Position numbers and translations under genes: made by a program. A stretch of DNA of 35,149 nucleotides from a bacterium (lineage in GTDB: Bacteria > Babelota > Babeliae > Babelales > Vermiphilaceae). Positions 17,612 through 25,673 of the stretch are shown piece by piece; positions within the stretch are counted from its first letter, which is position 1; each line of letters begins with the position of its first letter. The stretch is from contig JAKAUA010000006.1 in the NCBI GenBank assembly GCA_021827875.1, forward strand, positions 1-35,149, given 5' to 3'. The notes under the pieces are model-generated. The model did not search any database and was not told the DNA's origin. It saw only the letters and a list, made by a program, of their open reading frames with translations.

Positions 17612-18329
17612 TCTTTTCTATTTGTTCTGCCAGCTCAGGGCCAGATGAATGTACGAGTTTGCCCTGATGCATAATATGAACATAATCAGGAATAATATAC
17701 TGCAGAATACGATGATAATGCGTGATAATCAAAAAAGATGTTTGCGGATTTTCTTTACGCACTACATTCAATGCAGAGCAAACCAACTTTAAGGCATCAA
17801 TATCCAGCCCGGAATCTATCTCATCCAAAATAACCAATTTTGGTTTAAACAAAAGCACTTGTAGCATTTCAAATCGCTTTTTTTCTCCGCCGGAAAAACC
17901 TTCGTTAACTGCACGCTGTGCAATTGTATGATCTATAGATAAAAGATCCATTTTTTCATGCAAAAGCGAGGTAAAATCGGTAACTGAGATCGGCTTTTGT
18001 GTAATTGCCTGATATGCAGACTTTAAAAAGGTAAATATACTCACGCCAGGAATTTCATATGGATATTGAAATACTAGAAAAAGTCCTTTTTGTGCGCGCT
18101 TGTCCGGTGACAAATCCAACAAAGAAATGCCATCAAATAACACTGATCCGGAAATAACTTGATATGAGGGATGTCCCATCAATGTATGTGCAAGTGTTGT
18201 TTTCCCCGAACCATTGGGACCCATAATAGCGTGGATGCACCCTGGTATGATCTGTAATGAAAAATCGCGAACTATTGGCGTGTCATCAACAGCAACCGAC
18301 AATGAATTAATAGATAAAAGATACGACAT
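17577..18329 (-). CDS. sufC: Fe-S cluster assembly ATPase SufC
   Basis: 250 aa. Walker [10 protein letters not shown], SufC-type signature [13 protein letters not shown], Walker [14 protein letters not shown]-loop IITHY. Confidence 0.92.
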   Translation of the reverse strand: MSYLLSINSLSVAVDDTPIVRDFSLQIIPGCIHAIMGPNGSGKTTLAHTLMGHPSYQVISGSVLFDGISLLDLSPDKRAQKGLFLVFQYPYEIPGVSIFTFLKSAYQAITQKPISVTDFTSLLHEKMDLLSIDHTIAQRAVNEGFSGGEKKRFEMLQVLLFKPKLVILDEIDSGLDIDALKLVCSALNVVRKENPQTSFLIITHYHRILQYIIPDYVHIMHQGKLVHSSGPELAEQIEKNGYGAYQQTEI

Positions 18330-18333
18330 AATC

Positions 18334-18768
18334 TTATTTTTTTTGACCTAAATTAGTTGTAGAAGAGGCTCCATTTGGGAAAAAGTAATTACAAGTCCAC
18401 ACTGTTGCTGCGCCAAGAGTAAAACCGCCTATTGCCCACCCTGCAGTTTTTAGGTTATAGTTCCAATCTGTTTCTTGCTTAAAATGAGCCCTTGCTAAAT
18501 TCCACGCAGCAATCTCATTACCCTGATCAACCGCATATGAAAATCCCTGTTCTAATTGACCTTTTACTGCCCCTTCTTGAGGTACATTGCCCTGAGCATA
18601 TTTAATAAGATCAGAATGTCTTGCTGTTTCTGCTTGCTTAGCAAGTTGTTTAATGCGAAATGTATAGAGCAGTTTTGGTTTTTCAAAAGACCTATTGTTA
18701 CCATTATCCTCAGCCGCATTTAATGACAAAATACCAAGCATACCAAATACAAAAAATAATCGTTTCAT
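18334..18768 (-). CDS. hypothetical secreted/membrane-anchored protein
   Basis: 144 aa with a signal peptide (MKRLFFVFGMLGILSLNAAE) and a C-terminal hydrophobic helix (GWAIGGFTLGAATVW). Its stop lies 4 nt upstream of the sufC start. No recognisable family. Confidence 0.45.
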   Translation of the reverse strand: MKRLFFVFGMLGILSLNAAEDNGNNRSFEKPKLLYTFRIKQLAKQAETARHSDLIKYAQGNVPQEGAVKGQLEQGFSYAVDQGNEIAAWNLARAHFKQETDWNYNLKTAGWAIGGFTLGAATVWTCNYFFPNGASSTTNLGQKK

Positions 18769-18850
18769 AAGAAAAACCCCCTGAAAATAAAAAATTATGA
18801 TTGTAATTTACATCATACTATTTATTTAAAAAAAAGCGATTCTTATAGGA

Positions 18851-20035
18851 TTAGTATGCGACGCGCAGCAATTCGTCAAGCGTAATAATGCCTTGAGCCA
18901 CTTTGCGTCCGCCATCAATTATAAGCGGCTGTAGTCCATCTGCGCGTGTCTGTTCAGTAATAGCATCAAGCGAAGGTGAATGTACAATTAATGAGCGCAA
19001 CTTGCTGGTCATAACCAGTAGTTCAAATATACCAATTCTTCCTTTATAACCACGTCCTTTGCAACTGGCACAGCCTGCACCTTTATACAACATAGAAAGA
19101 GGAAGTCCTATACGTTGTAACATCTGGTATTCCTCTGCCGTTGGCTCTACCATGATGCGACATGACAAGCAGATTTTTCTGGTTAATCGCTGCGCAAGAA
19201 CGCCAGTTAATGATGCATTAATTAAAAATGGCTCGATACCCATATCCATTAAGCGCATAATAACACTCGGTGCATCATTGGTATGAATAGTGCTCAACAC
19301 TAAATGGCCCGTGAGTGACGCTTCAAGCGCGATTTGCGCTGTTTCTTTATCTCTGATTTCGCCCACCATGACAATATCAGGGTCTTGGCGTAACAAAGAA
19401 CGCATACCGGTTCCAAAGGTAAAGCCCGCATCAGGATTAACTTGCCCTTGTGTTACACCTGCAAGGTTATATTCGACAGGATCTTCTAGGGTAATAATAT
19501 GTTTTTCTGCAGAGTTGAGCGCCGCAAGTGCGGCGTACAAAGTAGTTGTTTTACCGGCACCCGTAGGGCCACAAACCAGCAAAAAACCTTGCGAGCGCTG
19601 CAATAACTCTTGTACGGTCTGCTTCATGCTATGATCAAAGCCAAGCGTATCAAGTTGAATAGTCTGTGCTGCACGGTCAAGGATACGCACTACCAGATTC
19701 TCCCCATATAACGAAGGGAAGGTAGAAACACGCAAATCTATCTCTTTTTGCTCATAGGCGATGCGAAATTTGCCGTCTTGTGGAATGCGCTTTTCTGCAA
19801 TATCAATACGAGCCAGAACTTTAAAGCGCGCGTTGAGTTGATTCATAAAGGGTGCTTCAATCATTTGTTGATCATGCAAAACACCATCAATACGAAAACG
19901 TATTCTTCCCAAATTCGCAGTAGGCTCTATATGAATGTCTGAGGCAGATTGATCTATGGCAGCATATAACAAAGAATTGGCTAGTCTAACAACCGGCATT
20001 TCTTCATACAGCGTATGCGATTGCAAGACGTTCAC
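18851..20035 (-). CDS. PilB/GspE-family secretion ATPase core (N2 + ATPase domains only)
   Basis: 394 aa with a GTG start. Begins at the region normally following the N1 domain (PVVRLANSLLYAAIDQSASDIHIEP). Walker A GPTGAGKTT, Asp box, Walker B DPDIVMVGEIRD, His box GHLVLSTIHTNDA, tetracysteine CLSC...CASCKGRGYKGR. Confidence 0.9.
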   Translation of the reverse strand: MNVLQSHTLYEEMPVVRLANSLLYAAIDQSASDIHIEPTANLGRIRFRIDGVLHDQQMIEAPFMNQLNARFKVLARIDIAEKRIPQDGKFRIAYEQKEIDLRVSTFPSLYGENLVVRILDRAAQTIQLDTLGFDHSMKQTVQELLQRSQGFLLVCGPTGAGKTTTLYAALAALNSAEKHIITLEDPVEYNLAGVTQGQVNPDAGFTFGTGMRSLLRQDPDIVMVGEIRDKETAQIALEASLTGHLVLSTIHTNDAPSVIMRLMDMGIEPFLINASLTGVLAQRLTRKICLSCRIMVEPTAEEYQMLQRIGLPLSMLYKGAGCASCKGRGYKGRIGIFELLVMTSKLRSLIVHSPSLDAITEQTRADGLQPLIIDGGRKVAQGIITLDELLRVAY

Positions 20036-20604
20036 TCTACGTCCTCATCGCCTTCTTCTTCAGCTTCTTTGAGATCTTCGTGCTCTTCATCTTCAGATTC
20101 TAGGTCTTCGACCAAGTCATAATCATCAGTGAGTGATTTGTCGTAATATTCTTTTACGGCATCTTCTATATCACGCGCAATACCGACATAAAATTGAATA
20201 TCATCATCGGTATATTTTCTTAAGTCTGAAAGTAATGATGGGTTCGAAGGGTCAGCAACAACAAAAACAAGAATATCTTCGTCAATTTCCATAGGAATCA
20301 TGTTATGACGCAATAAGAAGCCTTTGGGGAAATCACGCACCAAAAGATGATCAAAGAAATGACCTTCAACATCAAAAAAAGGTACTTGATAATATGTCGA
20401 AAGTGCCTTGAGAATATTTTCTTTATCTACAAATGCTTCTTCCAATAAAAATTCTACAAACCAATCATGTGACGAGCGTGCAAAACCTTTTTGTAGATCT
20501 TCTGCCTCTTGCTCCGAAATAACTGATTGCTTCACTAAGATACTGGTAAGTCCTTGTGCGAATGTCTTTTGATCCATAGCAGCTACTCTCCCTTTTTTAT
20601 GCAT
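20032..20604 (-). CDS. stand-alone T2SSE_N/MshEN-type N-terminal domain protein with acidic tail
   Basis: 190 aa. ILKALSTYYQVPFFDVEGHFFDHLLVRDFPKGFLLRHNMIPMEIDEDILVFVVADPSNPSLLSDLRKY matches the GspE/PilB N1 domain pattern. Ends in DLESEDEEHEDLKEAEEEGDEDVE. Its TGA overlaps the GTG of the ATPase ORF (GTGA). Confidence 0.8.
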   Translation of the reverse strand: MHKKGRVAAMDQKTFAQGLTSILVKQSVISEQEAEDLQKGFARSSHDWFVEFLLEEAFVDKENILKALSTYYQVPFFDVEGHFFDHLLVRDFPKGFLLRHNMIPMEIDEDILVFVVADPSNPSLLSDLRKYTDDDIQFYVGIARDIEDAVKEYYDKSLTDDYDLVEDLESEDEEHEDLKEAEEEGDEDVE

Positions 20605-20982
20605 TTAACATCTAAGACCAATCAAAAGTCCAATGATAAAGCTCACTGTCAATGAGCCATTAATTTTGATCCAATCCCAAAATATCGATATAGAATCACC
20701 CGAAATATGTGTTGACTGTATGCCAAATGTTTCTTCTACCTTAGGATGATTAATATATATCTGCAAAAGCTCAAATTTTTGCAAAACCATAATAAAAATA
20801 ACAAATATGATGAAGGCACATACATAGTGTGCATAGCGCTTTAAAAAGAAGCCGACTGCGAAACCTACGCCTGCGGCAACAACTAAATCAAATAATTTAT
20901 GTTTAGTAAGATTGATTTTTTCTAAAAAATTTTCCGCCATATTTTTAAGTTTATCGAATAAGCTCACTGCTTGTTCTTGCAT
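20605..20982 (-). CDS. small 3-TM membrane protein (possibly FUN14-like)
   Basis: 125 aa. AAGVGFAVGFFLKRYAHYV..., a second helix, and C-terminal SLTVSFIIGLLIGL. Abuts the next ORF with no spacer (20604/20605). The FUN14 assignment rests on remembered pattern only. Confidence 0.45.
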   Translation of the reverse strand: MQEQAVSLFDKLKNMAENFLEKINLTKHKLFDLVVAAGVGFAVGFFLKRYAHYVCAFIIFVIFIMVLQKFELLQIYINHPKVEETFGIQSTHISGDSISIFWDWIKINGSLTVSFIIGLLIGLRC

Positions 20983-21109
20983 AATAAATCCCCCAAACCT
21001 TTCATCGTATATAAATAGTTGTTGTAAGTGTATAAATATAGTAATACAAAGCTCAAGCTTTTACTATGCATGCAAAAATGCATGGTAACCAAAGATTTTT
21101 TCAACACAA

Positions 21110-21433
21110 TTATTTTTTTGGATGCAACCACTGCTCCCATGACCATAGAGAAAACCAAGATTTTATTCTGTTTGCTGCTGGCGAATACCATATTTTAAGC
21201 AGTTCTTGCTTGTTCTGACTGATTGGCTTAGTGTCTTTATCATTCTCAAGCCGTTCTGTGCTCCTAGCATTCTTATAATACCATGTTGCATAAGCTGCAG
21301 CGCCAACCACAGCAAGCGGGGCCGCTACATACAAAGCTGCCTTTTTATACCAAGCATTATTTTTTTGCTCTGAAGCGGCACAGGGTACGAGTAATACCAT
21401 TGTTAAGCAAAGTGATACATAGGATAATTTCAT
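21110..21433 (-). CDS. hypothetical small secreted/membrane protein
   Basis: 107 aa with an N-terminal signal (MKLSYVSLCLTMVLLVPCAAS), a second hydrophobic helix (AALYVAAPLAVVGAAAYA) and a Trp-rich tail. No family recognised. Confidence 0.4.
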   Translation of the reverse strand: MKLSYVSLCLTMVLLVPCAASEQKNNAWYKKAALYVAAPLAVVGAAAYATWYYKNARSTERLENDKDTKPISQNKQELLKIWYSPAANRIKSWFSLWSWEQWLHPKK

Positions 21434-21475
21434 AAAACTATTCCTCCATTGTTAAAAATATACATCAATGATGCT

Positions 21476-21559
21476 CCACGGCTTGAAAGCCGTGGTTTCT
21501 AGAATGGAATTGCGTCTTACATCCCCGAGCTAAAGCACGGGGGTTTTACGACGCGCAAT
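21476..21559. other. two adjacent GC-rich hairpins in the hup-downstream spacer
   Basis: CCACGGC-TTGAAA-GCCGTGG (21476-21495), a perfect 7-bp stem. A long imperfect hairpin ATTGCGTC..TCCCCG-AGCTAAAGCA-CGGGGG..GAC(GC)GCAAT spans 21509-21559. Confidence 0.5.
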
Positions 21560-21590
21560 AAAAAAGGAGAGGTTTTTATGCCTCTCCTTC
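21560..21590 (-). terminator. Rho-independent terminator of hup
   Basis: The minus strand reads AAGGAGAGG-CATAAAAA-CCTCTCCTT followed by TTTTA. The 9-bp perfect stem starts about 25 nt after the hup stop. Confidence 0.8.
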
Positions 21591-21614
21591 TAACTAGATA
21601 GTCTTAGTATAAAA

Positions 21615-21887
21615 CTATTTAATCATATGACGCAATGCTTTGCCCGGTCTAAATTTAGGCACTTTTTTAGCAGCAATTTGCATCTTTTTACCGGTAGCTG
21701 GATTAACACCAACTCTGGCTTTTCTTTTCATTACGGTGAATGCACCAAAACCGGTCAACACAACTGTTTTACCTGTTTTTAATGCATGACTGACTGTGGA
21801 TATAAAAGCTTCTAAGCACTCTTTGCAAGTTGATTTAGGCAACTTGGTCACTTTTGCCATGCTTTCAACTAATTTTGCCTTATTCAT
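21615..21887 (-). CDS. hup: HU/IHF-family DNA-binding protein
   Basis: 90 aa from the internal ATG (MNKAKLVESMAKVTKL...). GFGAFTVMKRKARVGVNPATGKKMQIAAKKVPKFRPGKAL is the classic HU beta-arm. AAAGGAA lies upstream of the ATG at 21887. The 22-codon N-terminal extension in the ORF track is unlikely. Confidence 0.88.
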   Translation of the reverse strand: MNKAKLVESMAKVTKLPKSTCKECLEAFISTVSHALKTGKTVVLTGFGAFTVMKRKARVGVNPATGKKMQIAAKKVPKFRPGKALRHMIK

Positions 21888-22112
21888 GTATAAATTCCTT
21901 TTTTCAGATTGACCATAGCGCAACAAACAAAAAGCTAGTACTAATTGGTACAATAGTAACAGGAGATTTTTATGTCAAGGTTTTTGTGTGAGAGATAAAA
22001 TTGTCTGTCATGAGACGAATAATTTTTATTTAATCAATTTAATTCATTATTAGCGAATGATGGCTGTGCCATGCGAAGCTTGCCGAGCCTGAAGGCCCGG
22101 ATAAGCGAAGCA

Positions 22113-22200
22113 TGGTGCCGAGAGCCGGACTCGAACCGGCACAGGCTATAAGCCCGAAGGATTTTAAGTCCTTTGCGTCTACCAATTTCGCCATCCCGGC
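22113..22200 (-). tRNA. tRNA-Leu (anticodon UAA), CCA encoded
   Basis: Hand-folded cloverleaf: acceptor GCCGGGA/UCUCGGC, D arm GCG-AAAUUGGUAGA-CGC, anticodon arm AAGGA-CUUAAAA-UCCUU, long variable arm CGGGCUUAUAGCCUGU, T arm GCCGG-UUCGAGU-CCGGC, then A-CCA. Confidence 0.95.
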
Positions 22201-22348
22201 ACACCATTTTATAAGATCTGCATTTCTAAGATTTAGTGCGATACAACTGATTTTTAATCCATTGTACGCTTGCTTTGTCTGGCCCGTCATCGCTCTTCGA
22301 GCTTTTTTGGGCTCTTGTTACGGAGCCTGACGAAGCCATAGCGAAGCA

Positions 22349-22422
22349 TGGAGGCGGCACCCGGATTTGAACCGGGGATCAGGGTTTTGCAGACCCTTGC
22401 CTTACCCCTTGGCTATGCCGCC
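22349..22422 (-). tRNA. tRNA-Cys (anticodon GCA), CCA encoded
   Basis: Hand-folded cloverleaf: acceptor GGCGGCA/UGCCGCC, anticodon arm AGGGU-CUGCAAA-ACCCU, T arm CCCGG-UUCAAAU-CCGGG, then U-CCA. Confidence 0.95.
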
Positions 22423-22445
22423 TTACCAACTCTAAAAAAGATAGA

Positions 22446-22928
22446 TTACTTGTTGAGTAATCCTGCTTTTTCCATTTTTTCTTTTAATTGCTCTGCAGTG
22501 ATTAATGGTACGGTAACTTCACCATTGTGATGCTTATTTTCAGCTTTCAAATATGGTCTTTGGCATACTCCCTCTACCGGAAATTTCTTTTGTGCCCAAT
22601 CAGCCATACCGGCTTCATAAGCCCATACATGCTTAAAGCCTTTTGAAATTAAATCGCCGGCAACTTGACCACTTGCACTGCACATATAATTACTGCAATA
22701 GATTACCAGTTCTGTATCTTTATTCAACTGAGCAGTAAAAGAATTTACCTTTTCAAAAGGGACACTTATTGATCCCTTAATGTGACAATCATCGTAAAAT
22801 GGCTTATCAAGTACGTTGATCACATACAAAGAAGCTTCAGCTTGTTTACCACCAAAAAGATCTTTTAGAAAACAGCCCGGTAATACAACAATCAAACTTG
22901 CCATGAGCAATAGTATATTTTTATTCAC
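22446..22928 (-). CDS. rhodanese-domain (sulfurtransferase-like) lipoprotein
   Basis: 160 aa. Signal plus lipobox-like LPGC. Single rhodanese fold pattern (HIKGSISVPF...ELVIYCSNYMCSASGQVAGDLISKGFKHVWAYEAGMADW) with a candidate catalytic Cys in the IYC loop. Confidence 0.6.
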   Translation of the reverse strand: MNKNILLLMASLIVVLPGCFLKDLFGGKQAEASLYVINVLDKPFYDDCHIKGSISVPFEKVNSFTAQLNKDTELVIYCSNYMCSASGQVAGDLISKGFKHVWAYEAGMADWAQKKFPVEGVCQRPYLKAENKHHNGEVTVPLITAEQLKEKMEKAGLLNK

Positions 22929-23039
22929 TCTTATTCCTTTTACTTTTTAAAAAAGTATTTTAAATGTAACAAAATCTCTATATTCCGCAATAAAATAGTA
23001 CATTGTTTTTAACATCGTAACAGGAGATATTTTCATTGA

Positions 23040-23957
23040 TCAACTAATAAATTGTAAGCAGCGATTTTTGCGTATGCGATTAAAGAAATCGACGGGATGT
23101 CTCAAAATATCAAAAATCCACCAATCATATTCACTATCTACCGATAATATTCTAAATATAATTCTGCCGTGAATGAGATTGCCCTCCAATGGCCCAAAGA
23201 AGCGAGAATCTCTACTTCCTTCTCTGTTATCACCCATTACCCAATATTGATTGGCGCCCAATTTTACAAAAAATTCATCCGTACAGTTCCAATGATTTAC
23301 GCCCTCACGATGTTCTTGATCATAACGTTCATCTCTGACCAGCGGTGTCCCCGGTTCCAACAATAATAAATCTTGTTTCTTTTCATCACGTAATAAACGA
23401 TTTTCTTTTAGTCGGTAAAAAGGTTGTTTATCAAAAGGAAGATCAGGATCATAACTATAAGGGCTAGAAGCCTGCTCAACATCTCCGGAGAATGTTTTTA
23501 AATCAAAATCTTCATTAAGGCTAATAACCAAAGGATATGTATTAACATAGGGTTCGGTTATTTGTTTGTTATTCACATATACGACCGGCTTGCCATCTTC
23601 AACTATGCCCCATACACTATCGCCGGGAATCCCGATCACGCGCTTGGTCCAGTTACTTGGCCCCCATACATAATTTTGAAATAAAGCCTTAATGCGAGAA
23701 GGAGAATAATTAAACAGAGGGTCATTAAATGAAATAATTTCGCCCCGTTGCGGCTTGCGAAAAAGATAGGTTGCTTTATCAGCAAAAAAACGCTCACCAA
23801 CAAGCATAGTCGTTTCCATAGAGCCGGTTGGTACCTGATAAATACCAAAACCAAAAGTTCTTACTAAAAAAACTACCACTATCAGAAAAACTATTTCGTA
23901 CCAGCCCGACTCTGTTAATTGTCCGCGTGGTTTAAGCGGTTGTTTTTGATTTGCCAT
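23040..23957 (-). CDS. lepB: signal peptidase I
   Basis: 305 aa with an N-terminal TM. Box B TGSMETTM, box D TKRVIGIPGD, box E GDNREGSRDSRFFG. Confidence 0.88.
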   Translation of the reverse strand: MANQKQPLKPRGQLTESGWYEIVFLIVVVFLVRTFGFGIYQVPTGSMETTMLVGERFFADKATYLFRKPQRGEIISFNDPLFNYSPSRIKALFQNYVWGPSNWTKRVIGIPGDSVWGIVEDGKPVVYVNNKQITEPYVNTYPLVISLNEDFDLKTFSGDVEQASSPYSYDPDLPFDKQPFYRLKENRLLRDEKKQDLLLLEPGTPLVRDERYDQEHREGVNHWNCTDEFFVKLGANQYWVMGDNREGSRDSRFFGPLEGNLIHGRIIFRILSVDSEYDWWIFDILRHPVDFFNRIRKNRCLQFIS

Positions 23958-24547
23958 GATATATCTTCCCTTTTTATCTCTTCATGTATATATGTAGGAT
24001 GCATCTTAGATATATAGGCTACTAATTTTTCAAACAGGCGAACAACAGATCGTTCTTTTGTTGGCAATGTAGCGATGCCAAAATCAAACCATTCTAATGC
24101 TTTTGATTCATTGTTTTGCACAATAGTTTCATCGCTCATCACGTGCAACAAAAAGCGTATGTCATAATGATAATGCTCTGGCTCTTTTTTATTGGCTGGG
24201 ATCAGATGAATATCTACATCAAAAATTTCAACATTCAATGGCTCAATCGCCATAATACCCGATTCTTCTTGTGCTTCTTTTATAGCGACCTGCATTACAT
24301 CATGCTCACCATCGCAATGTCCGCCAAGCTGCACCCATAAATTAAGCTTGGCATGGTGCATAAGCAGCGCTTTGGTATGATCTTTATTCAAGAGCATTGC
24401 CGATGCAGTGATGTGCCCAATCTGCAATGAGCGCTCAAAACAGTCAGGGTTTGCATGTATGAAGTCAATAATGCTACTTTTGTATGCGACTTCTTCAGTT
24501 TTCGGTGTATAGCGATCAAGTAGTTGCAAAAGCATATTTCTTTTCAT
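23915..24547 (-). CDS. NUDIX hydrolase
   Basis: 210 aa with Nudix box GHCDGEHDVMQVAIKEAQEESGI (K replaces the consensus R). The 3' end overlaps the lepB start by 43 nt. Confidence 0.8.
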   Translation of the reverse strand: MKRNMLLQLLDRYTPKTEEVAYKSSIIDFIHANPDCFERSLQIGHITASAMLLNKDHTKALLMHHAKLNLWVQLGGHCDGEHDVMQVAIKEAQEESGIMAIEPLNVEIFDVDIHLIPANKKEPEHYHYDIRFLLHVMSDETIVQNNESKALEWFDFGIATLPTKERSVVRLFEKLVAYISKMHPTYIHEEIKREDISWQIKNNRLNHADN

Positions 24548-24565
24548 TACAAATTTCTATGCATG

Positions 24566-25588
24566 TTAACGCACAAACTGCAAGCAACGACTCCAGCGGA
24601 TGCGTTTTATAAAATCGATTGGATGGAGCAATAAATGGAAAATCATCCACGAATAGCCACTATCAACCGAGAAAATTCTGAAAACCATTTTGCCATGAAT
24701 TAATGAGCCATTAATAGGACCAAAGGCGCGGCAATCATAGCTGCCCTCACGGTTGTCCCCCATACCCCAATATTGATTTGGTCCGAGTTCGATATAAAAT
24801 TCGTCATAGGATTTGTCGCTACGAGTCCAATAATTTTTTCCTTTTTCACATTCTTTGTGTCTTGGCAATGGTGTACCGGGCCAACGTAACTCTAATTTAC
24901 CTTTTGCATTACGTATAAGTAATTTTTCTTCTAAGTTATAGAATGGCTGTTTATTAAATGGCTTTGAAGGGTCATATGTTTTCCAGCGCATACTCTCTAG
25001 TGCCTGTCGTATTGCAAATTCAGAAGATTTATTCTGTAATTCATCAATAGTCAAATCTCCATTGCGCACATATTTAAAATTTTCTCTTTCAACTTCGCGT
25101 GCACGCTCTTTTGGATCAAGACCATAAACACCGACCAGTGGATATTGATTAAGATAAGGCTCATCTAGCTTTTTACCATTGAGATACACGGCTGTCTTGC
25201 CATCTTCTATTTTACCTTCAATTACATCGCCCGGAATTGCGATTAAACGCTTGGTCACATTGGTTGGCCCCCATACATAATTTTGCCACCAGCGCTTTAT
25301 CGGATTGGTAGAATATTTAAAAGTAACATCATTGAGTGAAATGATTTCGCCACGGCGCGGTGTGCGGAACCAATAAGTCAATTTATCTGCCACAAAGCTT
25401 TCACCAATAAGCATGGTGGTCTCTGCAGATCCACTTGGTACTTGATAGAGGCCAAAAATAAACGTTCTCACCGCAAAAATGATGAGAACCCACATGATCA
25501 GTTCGCTGATGCTATTATTGCTGAAAAATTTTCTATCAGTACCAAATATCTTTTTTAAAAATGATTTGTTGTGTTGATTTTCTATCAT
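24566..25588 (-). CDS. lepB: signal peptidase I, second paralog
   Basis: 340 aa. Box B SGSAETTM (Ala replaces the Met after the nucleophile Ser), box D TKRLIAIPGD, box E GDNREGSYDCRAFG. Long collinear identity with the 23040-23957 paralog. Confidence 0.85.
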   Translation of the reverse strand: MIENQHNKSFLKKIFGTDRKFFSNNSISELIMWVLIIFAVRTFIFGLYQVPSGSAETTMLIGESFVADKLTYWFRTPRRGEIISLNDVTFKYSTNPIKRWWQNYVWGPTNVTKRLIAIPGDVIEGKIEDGKTAVYLNGKKLDEPYLNQYPLVGVYGLDPKERAREVERENFKYVRNGDLTIDELQNKSSEFAIRQALESMRWKTYDPSKPFNKQPFYNLEEKLLIRNAKGKLELRWPGTPLPRHKECEKGKNYWTRSDKSYDEFYIELGPNQYWGMGDNREGSYDCRAFGPINGSLIHGKMVFRIFSVDSGYSWMIFHLLLHPIDFIKRIRWSRCLQFVR

Positions 25589-25628
25589 TGCAATCCAGTC
25601 CTTGCTAAATTTTATGTCTTAAGTCAAA

Positions 25629-25673
25629 TAATACATGGGATTTACTCGTTTGCCAAACTTATACACTTCAAAA
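25629..25673 (-). repeat. 45-bp direct repeat, copy 1: displaced 3'-end relic of an M23 peptidase gene
   Basis: Exact copy of 27768-27812. It reads FEVYKFGKRVNPMYY then L-T-stop in frame, but an in-frame TAA lies 8 codons upstream of FEV and there is no gene body. Confidence 0.9.

Noticed and set aside
20983-21109. ATGCAT-GCAAAA-ATGCAT hairpin in the spacer downstream of the 107-aa ORF as a terminator, and ORF 20964-21191.
   Set aside because: The stem is only 6 bp and AT-rich at its ends, with no U-run on the relevant strand. The ORF overlaps two better-supported neighbours and has no features.
21888-21953. 22-codon N-terminal extension of the HU ORF (MYQLVLAFCLLRYGQSEKRNLY).
   Set aside because: HU proteins are about 90 aa and start MNK.... 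The internal ATG at 21887 has an AAAGGAA ribosome-binding site, and the extension is hydrophobic and non-homologous.
22039-22530. ORF-track entries 22039-22290 (-), 22112-22330 (+) and 22348-22530 (+).
   Set aside because: They overlap the two well-folded tRNA genes and their trailers. They have no protein-like features.
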